64,000 nucleotides of DNA, taken from positions 12,054,850 to 12,118,849 of the forward strand of contig NC_134029.1 of assembly GCF_964204645.1 (NCBI RefSeq), in the 5' to 3' direction. Positions 1-12,381 of the stretch are shown piece after piece; within the stretch, counting starts at the first letter, position 1; every line of letters begins with the position of its first letter. The translations under genes and the position numbers were made by a program. Below the pieces are notes generated by a model. That model searched no databases. It was not told where the DNA came from and saw nothing but the letters and a program-made list of their open reading frames with translations. This stretch comes from Tubulanus polymorphus. Its lineage: Eukaryota > Animalia > Nemertea.

Positions 1-689
1 TTGGCCCGACCCGATTCTGGCACGGCTTTAGCTTAGTGGGTTCGAATCCCTTGACGGGAGAAGATGATGGATCCTATCGATGCTATCAAGAAATAAGTTT
101 CCCGGTTGGGCAGCTGTGGATATCTACCGAAAGTGTTGCGGTTCGATATTTCGAGGTTTCTTTGAATTTTGGAGTGATATCGAAATCCGGTAAACACCGG
201 CGGTAGATTGTGTTGAAAACCCATTGCTTGATATTTGTACTACTTAATCAACGAAAAGCGTCGGGGCCGCGCCAGGAGTTTTCGCGATTCAAGTAGCTCA
301 ATAGCCTACTTCTTCGTGTTCGTCCACCTCCGCAATTTTCACTCCGCCGATCTCTGACACGGCTCTGTCGCCGTCGGCGCTGTGATTGCACTATTCGTAC
401 CACCAAAAAAATTTTTTATTTCTATATCAGGGAGGTCTGGAGAATAAAAAAGTCAAAATTTGGATATCACATAGGCCTGATTTCATCGAATAAGTCGACC
501 ATGGTCGTTACGTTTCCGTACTAATTACCACCTATAACCGTCTGAACAATTTTGTCACAACCAACATTTCGTTTACAGAAATCAGGTGTTCACGTGAACC
601 CGCGGTATCGTCTATTGTTTTACTTCCGGGTTTTATTTTAAGATTTAAAATTGTATTTGAAGATCGATTTCTATGAAATCTTTAGTTGA

Positions 690-1967
690 TTTGGTGTTTG
701 GGAGGAATTTTTATTTGCTCTACAGAAAATTCATCCTTGACAATTGCGCAAGGTTCGCAAAAAATTGCTTTTCCCAAATCGAGTGTATGAACTTGATATG
801 CTAATTAGCCATGTGCTCGAATTGCAAATTCAATCAAATTTTATTCTGCCAAAAAAAATGTTAAATCCAATTCGCTTTCCGAGAGTTAATGGTATGCTGC
901 ATGGAACAAAGTTGTTTTGAGATGGGTCTTGAAGCAATTGAGTCGAGAGATAACCATCTAGATAGTTCGTGAGAGTTCCAAAGTTTTGAAGACGCTTCAA
1001 GGTAATGTCTTGATATTTGGTTTATACGTGTATCTACCCTAGACACATCTTCAGGCCAAAAACTGGCCCTGTCAGATTCAAGATGGCCGACTGGCAGCCA
1101 TTGTTGTTCGCCAAAATCAGCACTTTTTACACATTTTAGAAGTTTTCGAGGGAAATTTGAAGACACTTTTATCAATAACCTTGATCATTCGTATATATTT
1201 GTATCCCCCAAGGGCCCATCGGCATGAGAAAAATTGGGTCGATCGGACTCAAGATGGCCGTCCTGTGACCTTTTTTGTTCCCAAAAATGTTAATTTTGGC
1301 CTGAATTCTGAGTCCTGTAGCTTTCTAATGGTGTGCCATTTTTCATTGCAATTTGTAATGGGTATTCTTTGGAAAAGGATCTTTTATATCCGAGAGGGTA
1401 TTTTTGACCAGGCAATTATGACGCAATTGGCGGCCATCTTGGGGTCATCAGTACTCATTCGTAGGTGGAAAAAAAGTTTAGCCACATCATTTTGATACTT
1501 AAGCATATTTTGCTACCATAATTAATTGGAAAGTTGTAGCTCATGACATGTTCTATGATTGAGGTGAGTTTCAAGCTCATTGGTTTTTGTTTATGGCCAC
1601 CAGGGGGCGTTGAACAATACAATAACTTAGTATTTCTATATTACATTCGTACCTATGCATATTTTGCTACCACAATCAATTTGAAAGTTGTAGCTCATGA
1701 CATGGTCTATTATCTTGGTGAGTTTCAAGCTCATTGGTTTTTGTATATGGCCACCAGGGGCGTTGAACAATACAATAACTTCGTATTTCTATATTACATT
1801 CGCTCCTGCTGTCTGTGTTAACACACGATTGTACTATGTAAATGACATTGAGCAGGGAGTGTATATTGATAAATATAAGTGTATATTGATAAATATAACC
1901 CACAGATTACATCATTTATAAAAAACAAATCTGACAGGCTGGCCATTGTGCCCCTTGGGGCTCTTGT
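690..1967 (+). mobile_element. Chimeric Helentron-type non-autonomous element: family-B body and 3' end, with family-A internal modules at ~985-1800
   Basis: ~690-900 matches the reverse complement of ~17700-17960. 985-1800 matches HINE-A copies at 46260-47100 and 55360-56150. The 3' end GGCTGGCCATTGTGCCCCTTGGGGCTCTTGTT (subTIR plus hairpin) matches the reverse complement of 16667-16790. Confidence 0.6.
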
Positions 1968-4900
1968 TTTATATAATCATTTCAATTGAATTGTGGTTTT
2001 TGGTAATCAATATTCGCACACTTTACTGAGATTCAATCTTAGGAGTAGTTTTTATAGTACACTATAATTGAATTCATTCTATGCTAGGACACGTTCTCAT
2101 ACATATCTCAAATAGGTCTAGATTGACTTCGGTTTTTGATGATTGATACTTATACAGCATGAAAAAGACTTAATCGATAGGAGTCGTTTTTACATTTATC
2201 TCAAATACACTGACATTGGTTCTAAAGATAAATATTTATACACAATACTGAAATTAATTAATTCTATGATTGGACACATTCTTATACTAATCTCAAATAG
2301 ATTGTTTTTTAAAGATTATAACTATGACTGGTTATTAAAAATAACGTTTATACACTATAAAAATGGCTTAATGTATAGTAGGAGTCGTTTCTATACTCAT
2401 CTCAAATAAACTGACCGTTGGTTTTTGATAACTGATATTTATACACTATAAAAAGCTTAATCTATGATATGAGTCGTTTCTATACTCATGTCAAATACAC
2501 TGATTTGGTTTTTTATGACAAATAGTTATACACTATAATAAGGCTTAATCTATAGTAGGAGTTGTTTCTATACTCACCTGAAATAAACTGACTTTAGTTT
2601 TTGATGACTAATAGACACAATAAAGAGGCTTAATCTATAGTAGTAGTTGTTTCTATACTCATCTTAAATAAACTGACTGTTGGTTTTTGATAATTAGTAT
2701 TCATACTCTATACAAAAGACTTAATCTATGGAAGGAGTCGTTTCTATACTTATCTCAAATAAAGTGACTGTTGGTTTTTGATAACTAATACTTATATACT
2801 ATAAAAAGGCTTAATCTATAGTAGGAGTTGTTTCTATACTCATCTTAAATAAACTGACTGTTGGTTTTTGATAATTAATATTCAACACTGTAATCAAGCT
2901 TAATCTATAGTAGGAGTTGTTTTTATACTCATCTCAAATAAACTGACTTTAGTTTTTGATGACTAATAGACACAATGAAAAAGCTTACTCTATAGTAGGA
3001 GTCTTTCCATACTAATCTCAAATAAACTGACTTTTGGTTTTTGATGACTAATAGACACAAGAAAGAGGCTTAATCTATAGGAGTAGTTGTTTCTATTCTC
3101 ATCTCAAATAAACTGACTGTTGGTTTTCGATAATTAATATTTATATGCTATAAAAAAGCTTAATCCATAGTTGGAGTCGTTTCTATACTCATCTCAAATA
3201 GACTGATTTTGGTTTTTGATAATTAATACTTATACACCATAAAAAGACTTAATCTATAGTAGGAGTTGTTTCTATACTCATCTTAAATAAACTGACTTGG
3301 TTTTTGATAATTGATATTCAACACTATAATCAAGCTTAATCTATAGAAGGAGTCGTTTCTATACTCATCTCAAATAAACTGACTATAGTTTTTGATGACT
3401 AATAGACACAATGAAAAAGCTTACTCTATAGTAGGATTTGTTTCTATACTAATCTCAAATAAACTGACATTTGGTTTTTTGATGTCAAATAGACACAATA
3501 AAGAGGCTTAATCTATAGGAGTAATTGTTTCTATTCTCATCTCAAATAAACTGACTATTTGTTTTCGATAATTAATATTTATACACTATAAAAAAAGCTT
3601 AATCTATGGAAAGAGTCGTTCCTATACTCATGTCATATACACTGATTTGGTTTTTGATGACAAATAGTAATACACTATAAAAAGGCTTTATCTATAGTAG
3701 GAGTTGTTTCTATACATAGGCCTATCTCAAATAAACTGATTGCTGGTTTTGATAACTAATATTTGTTCACTATAAAAAAGCCTAATCTATAGTAGGAGTC
3801 ATTTCTATACTCATCTCAAAAAGACTGATTTTGTTTTTTGATAATTTATACTTATACGCTATTAAAAGATTTAATCTATAGTAGGAGTTGTTTCTATACT
3901 CATCTCAAATAAACCGACTATGGCTTTTTATAATTAATACTTACACTATAAAAAGGCTTTATCTATAGTAGGAGTTGTTTCTATACATATCTCAAATAAA
4001 CTTACTGCTGGTTTTGATAACTAATATTTATACACTATAAAAAAGCTTAATCTATAGTAGGAGTCATTTCTATACTCATCTCAAATAGACTGATTTTGGT
4101 TTTTGATAATTAATACTTATACACTATTAAAAGACTTAATCTATAGTAGGAGTTGTTTCTATACTCATCTCAAATAAACTGACTATGGCTTTTTATAATT
4201 AATACTTATACACTATAAAAAAGGCTTTATCTATAGTAGGAGTTGTTTCTATACATATCTCAAATAAACTGACTGCTGGTTTTGATAACTAATATTTATA
4301 CACTATAAAAAAGCTTAATCTATAGTAGGAGTCATTTCTATACTCATCTCAAAAAGACTGATTTTGTTTTTTGATAATTTATACTTATACGCTATTAAAA
4401 GATTTAATCTATAGTAGGAGTTGTTTCTATACTCATCTCAAATAAACCGACTATGGCTTTTTATGATTAATACTTACACTATAAAAAGGCTTTATCTATA
4501 GTAGGTGTTGTTTCTATACATATCTCAAATAAACTTACTGCTGGTTTTGATAACTAATATTTATACACTATAAAAAAGCTTAATCTATAGTAGGAGTCAT
4601 TTCTATACTCATCTCAAATAGACTGATTTTGGTTTTTGATAATTAATACTTATACACTATTAAAAGACTTAATCTATAGTAGGAGTTGTTTCTATACTCA
4701 TCTCAAATAAACTGACTATGGCTTTTTATAATTAATACTTATACACTATAAAAAAGGCTTTATCTATAGTAGGAGTTGTTTCTATACATATCTCAAATAA
4801 ACTGACTGCTGGTTTTGATAACTAATATTTATACACTATAAAAAAGCTTAATCTATAGAAGGAGTCGTTTCTATACTCATCTCAAATAGACTGATTTTGT

Positions 4901-6192
4901 TTTTTGATAATTTATACTTATACGCTATTAAAAGATTTAATCTATAGTAGGAGTTGTTTCTATACTCATCTCAAATAAACCGACTATGGCTTTTTATAAT
5001 TAATACTTACACTATAAAAAGGCTTTATCTATAGTAGGAGTTGTTTCTATACATATCTCAAATAAACTGACTGCTTTTAATTGTGTCTATTAGTCATCAA
5101 AAACTATAGTCAGTTTATTTGAGATGAGTATAGAAACGACTCCTTCTATAGATTAAGCTTGATTATAGTGTTGAATATTAATTATCAAAAACCAGCAGTC
5201 AGTTTATTTAAGATGAGTATAGAAACAACTCCTACTATAGATTAAGTCTTTTTATGGTGTATAAGTATTAATTTTCAAAAACCAAAATCAGTCTATTTGA
5301 GATGAGTATAGAAACGACTCCTACTATAGATTAAGCTTTTTTATAGTGTATAAATATTAGTTATCAAAACCAGCAGTCAGTTTATTTGAGATATGTATAG
5401 AAACAACTCCTACTATAGATAAAGCCTTTTTAATGGTGTATAAGTATTAATTATAAAAAGCCATAGTCAGTTTATTTGAGATGAGTATAGAAACAACTCC
5501 TACTATAGATTAAGTCTTTTAATAGTGTATAAGTATTAATTATCAAAAACCAAAATCAGTCTATTTGAGATCAGAATAGAAATGACTCCTACTATAGATT
5601 AAGCTTTTTTATAGTGTATAAATATTAGTTATCAAAACCAGCAGTCAGTTTATTTGAGATATGTATAGAAACAACTTCTACTATAGATTAAGCCTTTTTA
5701 TAGTGTATTACTATTTGTCATCAAAAACCAAATCCGTGTATTTTACATGAGTATAGGAATGACTCTTTCTATAGATTAAGCTTTTTTTATAGTGTATATA
5801 TATTAATTTTTGAAAACCAACAGTCAGTTTATTTGAGATGTAAGCTTTTTCATTGTGTCTATTAGTCATCAAAAACTGAAGTCAGTTTATTTGTGATGAG
5901 TATAGAAACAACTTCTATAGATTAAGCTTATGATAGTGATGAATATTAATTATCAAAAACCAACAGTCAGTTTATTTAAGATGAGTATAGAAACAACTCC
6001 TACTTTAGATTAATTCTTTTTATGGTGTATAACTATTAATTATCAAAAACCTAAATCAGTCAATTTGAGATGAGTATAGAAACAACTCTTACTATAGATT
6101 AAGCTTTTTTAAAGTGTATAAATATTAGTTATCAAAACCAGTAGTCAGTTTATTTGAGATATGTAGATAGATAGATTAAGCCTTTTTATAGT

Positions 6193-6472
6193 TGTCAATA
6201 CCTTTTCTCCAGAAAGAAGTGACTAGCAGTACGACTCGGTGTTGACATTAAAGTAGTTTATTCTCAAAAGTGACTCCCTCTACCCTTTACATATCAATAT
6301 ATATAGTGAAATATCACATGATGTGTACTGAGCATGACGTACAGATGTAATGCAGTTTAATACAGTTTAATACAGTTGAACACAGTTGAATACACGTTAC
6401 TGCAGAACAAGTTACTGCTCTAGTGAGCAGTATTCTATAGTTGATATGAATGTATGTATAACCATTCCAATA
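6193..6472 (-). repeat. 3' LTR of the BEL/Pao element
   Basis: Near-identical to 12102-12381 (about 3 substitutions seen). Preceded on the minus strand by the purine-rich PPT GGGCGGGAGTA (6473-6483). Confidence 0.95.
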
Positions 6473-6562
6473 TACTCCCGCCCGGCGTAAGCGTGATTAA
6501 AGTACGCATATAAATTTGAAAGAGTTATCAATATATACACGATTTTAAACTACTATCCCATA

Positions 6563-6640
6563 TTCATTAATACAAAATTTGAAAGTACACATTGTTCATT
6601 AATACAAAATTTTAAAGTACACATTATTCATTAATACAAA
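6563..6640. repeat. Short ~33-bp tandem repeat in the BEL 3' region
   Basis: TTCATTAATACAAAATTTGAAAGTACACATT repeated ~2.4 times, overlapping the pol stop codon. Confidence 0.7.
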
Positions 6641-9600
6641 TTGTCGGATTGCTCCACCGCCGCGATGGCGGTGATCTTCTCCTCTGCTGCAACGGCAGCA
6701 GCTCTTTTCGGTCGCACATTCGCTTCTCCCGCTGTTTTTGTAGCCGAATATTTCGATACGGATGCAAAATCGGTTGACGCATAAACTTCGAGAGGGTACA
6801 GTTTCGGCAACGCTCTATTCGTGTGACCTCTCGCGGTTTTTAACGAAACATTGCGTACTTTTCCGTCCTTTCCACGATGTAATTCCGTAATTACGCCAAG
6901 TCGCCATTTCAATCGTGGCCCATCATCGTGAATTTGAACGACCGAACCTTTTTTCACTAATTCCGTATCAACTCCCTTACATTTCTGATATTCGCACAAA
7001 TTTAACAAGTATTCACCTTTCCAGCGTCTCTTATATTCACTGAGGAGCAAGGAAATATATTTCATCCTACGTGTTAACAATTCGCGAGTGACACAAAAGT
7101 TCGGATCATTCAACTCATAATCTCGCACACTAGGTTGAGGTAACCCGGTTATCCGGTGACCGAACATTAACATGGATGGCGTCAAAGCTTCGAAATCTGA
7201 AACATCTGAAGTTAGATAGGTCAACGGCCTATCATTTAAATGAGATTCAACTTCAATTAAAAAAGTATTTAACTCATCATAGGTAAGTAGAGCTCTACCG
7301 AGTACTTTTTTTGTTATATTTTTCACCAACCCAATCAATCGTTCGTAAAACCCCCCTTGCCAGGGGGCCCTCTTAGCTATGAATTGCCATTTCACCCTGT
7401 TCACGGATAGATAGTCCGTTACTTCAACCGATGAAATAATTTCATCTATAATTTTATTCGCCGATGTAAACGTTGTTGCGTTATCAGAAACACAAGTCCT
7501 CGGCAAACCTCTACGACCTGCAAACCTACGTAACGCTAACAAAAAACAATCGGGAGTTAAATCCCGAACTAGCTCTAAATGCACTGCTCTACTGACCGCA
7601 CATGTAAATAAACAAACGTGGCATTTAGAGGTTTCGCCACCAGATCCCTTAATCACAAGTGGACCTAAATAATCAATACCAGTATGGTGAAAGACTGGAA
7701 CCTCTGAAACTCTGATACCAGGTAGTGAAGGAGGTAACGGTAAGAAAAAGGGTCTACCTTGCACACGTTTGCACTTACAGCATGATTTTAGTAGGTCCTT
7801 TACTCTTTGACGGATACTCGGTATCCAATATTTACATCGAATATCGGCAACAGTAGCATTAACGCCTTGATGCATTATTCTGAAATGTGATCGACGAATC
7901 ACCAAATTGACATACTGGTGATATTTTGGAAGCAGTATTGGTCGTTTAGCCAAATCGTCCAAATCTTCATTCTCTAACCGACCATTCGAATGAATCAAGC
8001 CATCATTACCAATAAACAACTGTAAATCTTTTATCAACCTGTCAACAACCGGAGCTCTAAATGACTTGTCACCCGACAATCGCGCAAACACCAGAGGATA
8101 TTCTGATCTTTGAATACACAATAACCACACTTTCTCAGAATTGTTTAGATCATCAGCCGAAATACTGTCAAAGTTTCTATCAGAAACTTTTACCTTACAA
8201 TTATTTATGAAACGAAGTACTAAGGTAGTCATTCTGAACAACTTAGTTAATGACGAGAAACCATCTGCATCTACTACTTTCGAAATGCCGACAGGTTCAC
8301 TTTTTTCAAGTGAAACATATTGTACACATGTAGATGTATTTATGTGTATAATCGGAATTTGATTTATTCGATCTGCGATGTCAATTGGACCGCACAACCA
8401 CTGCCCGTTAGAAAATAGGCATTGTGCAGATACGCCTCTAGTCAATAAATCAGCTGGATTTCTATCACCATTACAAAATTGCCACTTATCAAAGTCACAA
8501 ATAGATTTTATAGCACGAATTCTATTGGCAACAAATTCTGGTAATTTTTTATCACTTCTCAGCAACTCAACACAATCTGACTATCCGAATGATATTGCGT
8601 TTCGATTACAGGATACGATTGTTTTAATTCATCACAAATATATTGCCCTAATTTAGCGCCTAACATCGCGGCCATGAGTTCTAAGCGTGGAATTATGACC
8701 TGCTTCAACGGGGCTACACGGCCACGACTCAATATGAATTGAATCTTACCCCCTTGATCAAGATAAGCCACAGCGCCATAAGCCGGCTGACCGGCATCGA
8801 CAAAAACATGTAATTTTACCGGTAAATTGGTATCGAATCCATACCATCTTGGTACGTGCATATTTCTGATCGCATAATTCAGATCTGATACTATTCTTTG
8901 CCACAGCAGACCAAATTTCTCTGGTACTGGTGTATCCCAATCATATGATTCTCTCCACAATGTTTGAGTTAATATTTTCCCCCTAATAGAAATTGGTAAT
9001 ATAAGACCTAACGGATCATAAATCTTGGCTAAATTTTGAACAATAGTCCGTTTCGTAGTACCAGAGAATTCGTCTAATATAACCTTTTCTTTGAAGGTGA
9101 ATCTTGCTCAATACTCCAATTCAATCCTAAGACATTCACATGATTTGAATATTCCAATACTTTCTCAGATTCTGCCAATGAACGTACCTCTTCACTGTTT
9201 GAAGACCAGGACCTTAAATTCATTCCTGCTAGAGAAAAGATCTCTCTCGAAGACTTAAAATAATCTTAATCTTAAAATAAGCTATTCTCCTCGGAATTGC
9301 ATGATGTCAATATGTTATCTACGTAAATGTTTCGTAGAATATCGGAACTCGTTCGACAATTTTCAGTGACTACCTGATTCCGTAAATGATGTAAAATTGT
9401 GCAATTCAAAATAAATGGAGAACAGGTAGCACCAAATAATACTCGTTTGAAACGATAAGTTACTAGTTCAGAATCTGGATTTCCTGGCTCTCTAAACCAA
9501 ACGAATCTAGTTACATCCCTATCTTCAGGGTCGATGCCTATTTGGAGAAAGGCTTTTTCGATGTCCGCACAAAGACCAATCTCGTTCAATCTAAATCTCA

Positions 9601-12033
9601 ATAAGATACCTGTGAGATCGTTCTGTAGAGCTGGACCAGGTTCTAAACTATCGTTCAAACTAGGTGATCCAAAACTACAATCAAAAACAATTCGAATTGG
9701 AGTTGTATTCGATTGTCTGTACACAGGATGATGTGCCAAATAATGTACTCGTCTCGATGATGGATGTAGATCAACCACCGGAACAATCTCAATATAATCT
9801 CGTTTCAAATGCTCAACGATAATCTCCGAATAGATTTTAAGAATTTCCGGAGTTTTTGAAAGTTTCTTCAAAGTTGATTTAGTTCTATTTACAACAGCAC
9901 AATAATTAGCTGTTAACGTATCATGTTCAGTTTTCCAAGGTAATTTCACATTGTATCGACCGTCATTGTCTTTCCATATAAAATCACAAATGTACTTATC
10001 AACAAAACTCTCATCCGATAATTTTGCAATCCCAATTTCGTCACAATTCAAAGAAAATTCAGGGTATGACAAAACACTCATTATCGAAATTTTATCATTG
10101 GAAGTACCAGTCGGACCCGACACCAAATAACCAACACATGATTTTATAGCTACAGGACCTTGTTTTGATCTGATTATCTCAGAACTAACAAAATCGTAAT
10201 AATGATCGCTTCCAATCAAAAGTTGAACTTCAAATTTGCACTCGAGTGAATTGGATTAGCCAAATTTAAATCTTTGAATTCAGGAATCTCAAGAAAACCA
10301 CCCATGTCTAATGGACGTGTAATCATCGGAACCACCAAAACAGATACTTCGATTAAATACGAATTCTCACACTCGATGCATATTCTTACGACATCCAAAG
10401 TTCTAACTTTCGAATTCTGTGATTCAAATGCACCTAAATCTAGTATTTCAGTCCTACTGGATTTCAAACCTAACTGACTCGCCATTTTGGCCGTCATAAA
10501 TGATCGCTGCGAGCCATCATCGAACAATGTATTACAGGACACAATAGAACCACTATACGGGTTCTCGATATTAACAACTGCAGTCTTCAACAGAACATTT
10601 CCGAAAGATTTACACAAACTAATATTCTGAGATGCCGTTTGTGTCTCAATGTGATCATCACTTTGTATTAAAGACTCTGTTTCAAAAATCGGAACCGATG
10701 AAGACTGCGTTGTCACAGAATTTGTCATATTGCTTTTGATTCTATTTTGCTCATTGCCTATACCACGGTTTTGACCTTCCTCAACGGAAAAATTGACACC
10801 TCTAGAATTCGGAACAGAATAAGGTCATGTTTTCCGCGTTTGAAAACAAATACTGGTGTGATGTCGCTTTTTACACATACGACACGAATATTTAGACTTG
10901 CAGTTTCCGGCATGATGCTTATCTCCTAAACAATTAAAACACAAAGATTTGTTTCTCAGAATTTCCATCCTCTTTTTAACATCATTAACTACAGTGCGCT
11001 CGTTGGATGCATGCAAACCTTCGCAAAAAACACACTTCTTTTTAGAATTCTGAGCTCCGGTCGATAAGAATAATTGACTTACGGTGCTTGTAGGTTCAGT
11101 AATAGTACAATTACTCACATCTTTGACATCAAGAGATACAGTGGACTCAATAATTTCTAATTCGAATCTAAAACAATCAAGAAGAGATGTTATTGACCAT
11201 TCACAATTTTTGTTTGTGCGACACATATTTCGATAGATTTCATACGGAAGCTTTCTTATAATTATTGGTACCAACATTGCGCTGTAATTATCATGAGACG
11301 TCCCAAGTGCATTCAACTGACGCATGTGACAATTACATTCGTCGTAAAATTTACGCAGGGATGATCGTTCGTTGTTCGGTGGACTTAAATCAACAAGCGC
11401 GGAAACGTAAGCCTGTGATATCTTGTGATTCTGTCCAAATCTTGTTTTCAACAAACTAACAGCCGCTGAATAATTGTCATTCGTCAATGGCAAACCGTCA
11501 ATGCACGATCTTGCATCGCCGATTAACAAACACTTCAAATAGCTAAATTTTTCGATTTCCGAAAACTGTGAGTTGAGATGAACTGACGTTTCGAATAAAC
11601 CCCAGAACGTTGGCCACTCTTTCAAATTTCCGTTATATTTAGGAAGTTGTAACTTTGGTAGTAAAGCTGTTTTAATTTCAGTTGATCTCACTGGTGACTG
11701 TTTCTCTAGCGAAGACATTTTCCCGATTTCACGGTTAAATTTGAAAATACTGCCATTCAAATTGTTCAAATAATCTTCAGCTTCCAAAATAAATTGTTCT
11801 ATTTCATTATCAGACTGGATCTCGTCTAATAAATGGGCATCAATCATCTCTTACTGGCTGAATTTGCGTTTGAGATTGTTCAAATTAATACTAGCCTTTA
11901 GTAAGTCGTGTTCTCTGATAGCTGTATCACATGCTGAGGTAAGAGCGTTCGCGACTCTTCTGTTTGCTGAACGTCCTGCTCTCGAAAGTTTTACACCAAC
12001 TCCTGATTTTTCGGTAGCTGAATTCTCCGCCAT
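6631..12033 (-). pseudogene. BEL/Pao gag-pol polyprotein broken into at least 6 ORF pieces
   Basis: Gag LPKLQLPKYNG...W..FW and zinc knuckles (10825-11847); protease LFDDGSQRSF (10216-10728); RT ADIEKAFLQI...FGATCSPF...YVDN (9272-10219); RNase H LHVFVDAG..AYGAV...IPRLELMAA (8559-8960); integrase HHCC...GIDYLGP...SDNAT...GGFYERLI (6631-8565). Confidence 0.95.
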
Positions 12034-12082
12034 TGTTCTCTGATCCTCTGGCTTCTTCTAAGAAGTTTGGTTCATCTCTTTC

Positions 12083-12098
12083 TCGGCTCGAGGGACCA
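12083..12098 (-). promoter_or_regulatory. Primer-binding site, tRNA-Tyr type
   Basis: Minus strand reads TGGTCCCTCGAGCCG 3 nt after the LTR end, nearly complementary to the tRNA-Tyr 3' end (...CGGCTCGAAGGACCA). Confidence 0.8.
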
Positions 12099-12101
12099 TT
12101 A

Positions 12102-12381
12102 TGTCAATACCTTTTTTCCAGAAAGAAGTGACTAGCAGTACGACTCGGTGTTGACATTAAAGTAGTTTATTCTCAAAAGTGACTCCCTCTACCCTTTACA
12201 TATCAATATATATAGTGAAATATCACATGATGTGTACTGAGCATGACGTACAGATGTAATGCAGTTTAATACAATTTAATACAGTTGAACACAGTTGAAT
12301 ACACGTTACTGCAGAACAAGTTACTGCTCTAGTGAGCAGTATTCTATAGTTGATATAAATGTATGTATAACCATTCCAATA
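12102..12381 (-). repeat. 5' LTR of the BEL/Pao element
   Basis: Direct repeat of 6193-6472, followed on the minus strand by the PBS. Confidence 0.95.

Larger units (their letters stand above)
6193..12381 (-). mobile_element. Full-length BEL/Pao LTR retrotransposon (ORF disrupted)
   Basis: Two 280-bp LTRs; 5-bp TSD ATAGT (6188-6192 and 12382-12386); PBS and PPT present; gag with Cys-His knuckles, aspartic protease, RT, Pao-type RNase H and integrase in BEL order. Confidence 0.97.

Noticed and set aside
1-70. tRNA gene suggested by GGGTTCGAATCCC
   Set aside because: No convincing cloverleaf is visible and the region is cut by the window edge; at most a SINE or tRNA relic.
861-1921. Short ORFs here and at 55177-55583, 23717-24165 and 60340-60658 that resemble each other
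   Set aside because: They are translations of non-coding interspersed repeats; reading frames are not conserved between copies.
2143-2409. Satellite monomer (~90 bp = 30 codons) as a repeat-protein gene
   Set aside because: The frames I translated contain stops, and monomer lengths vary by non-multiples of three.
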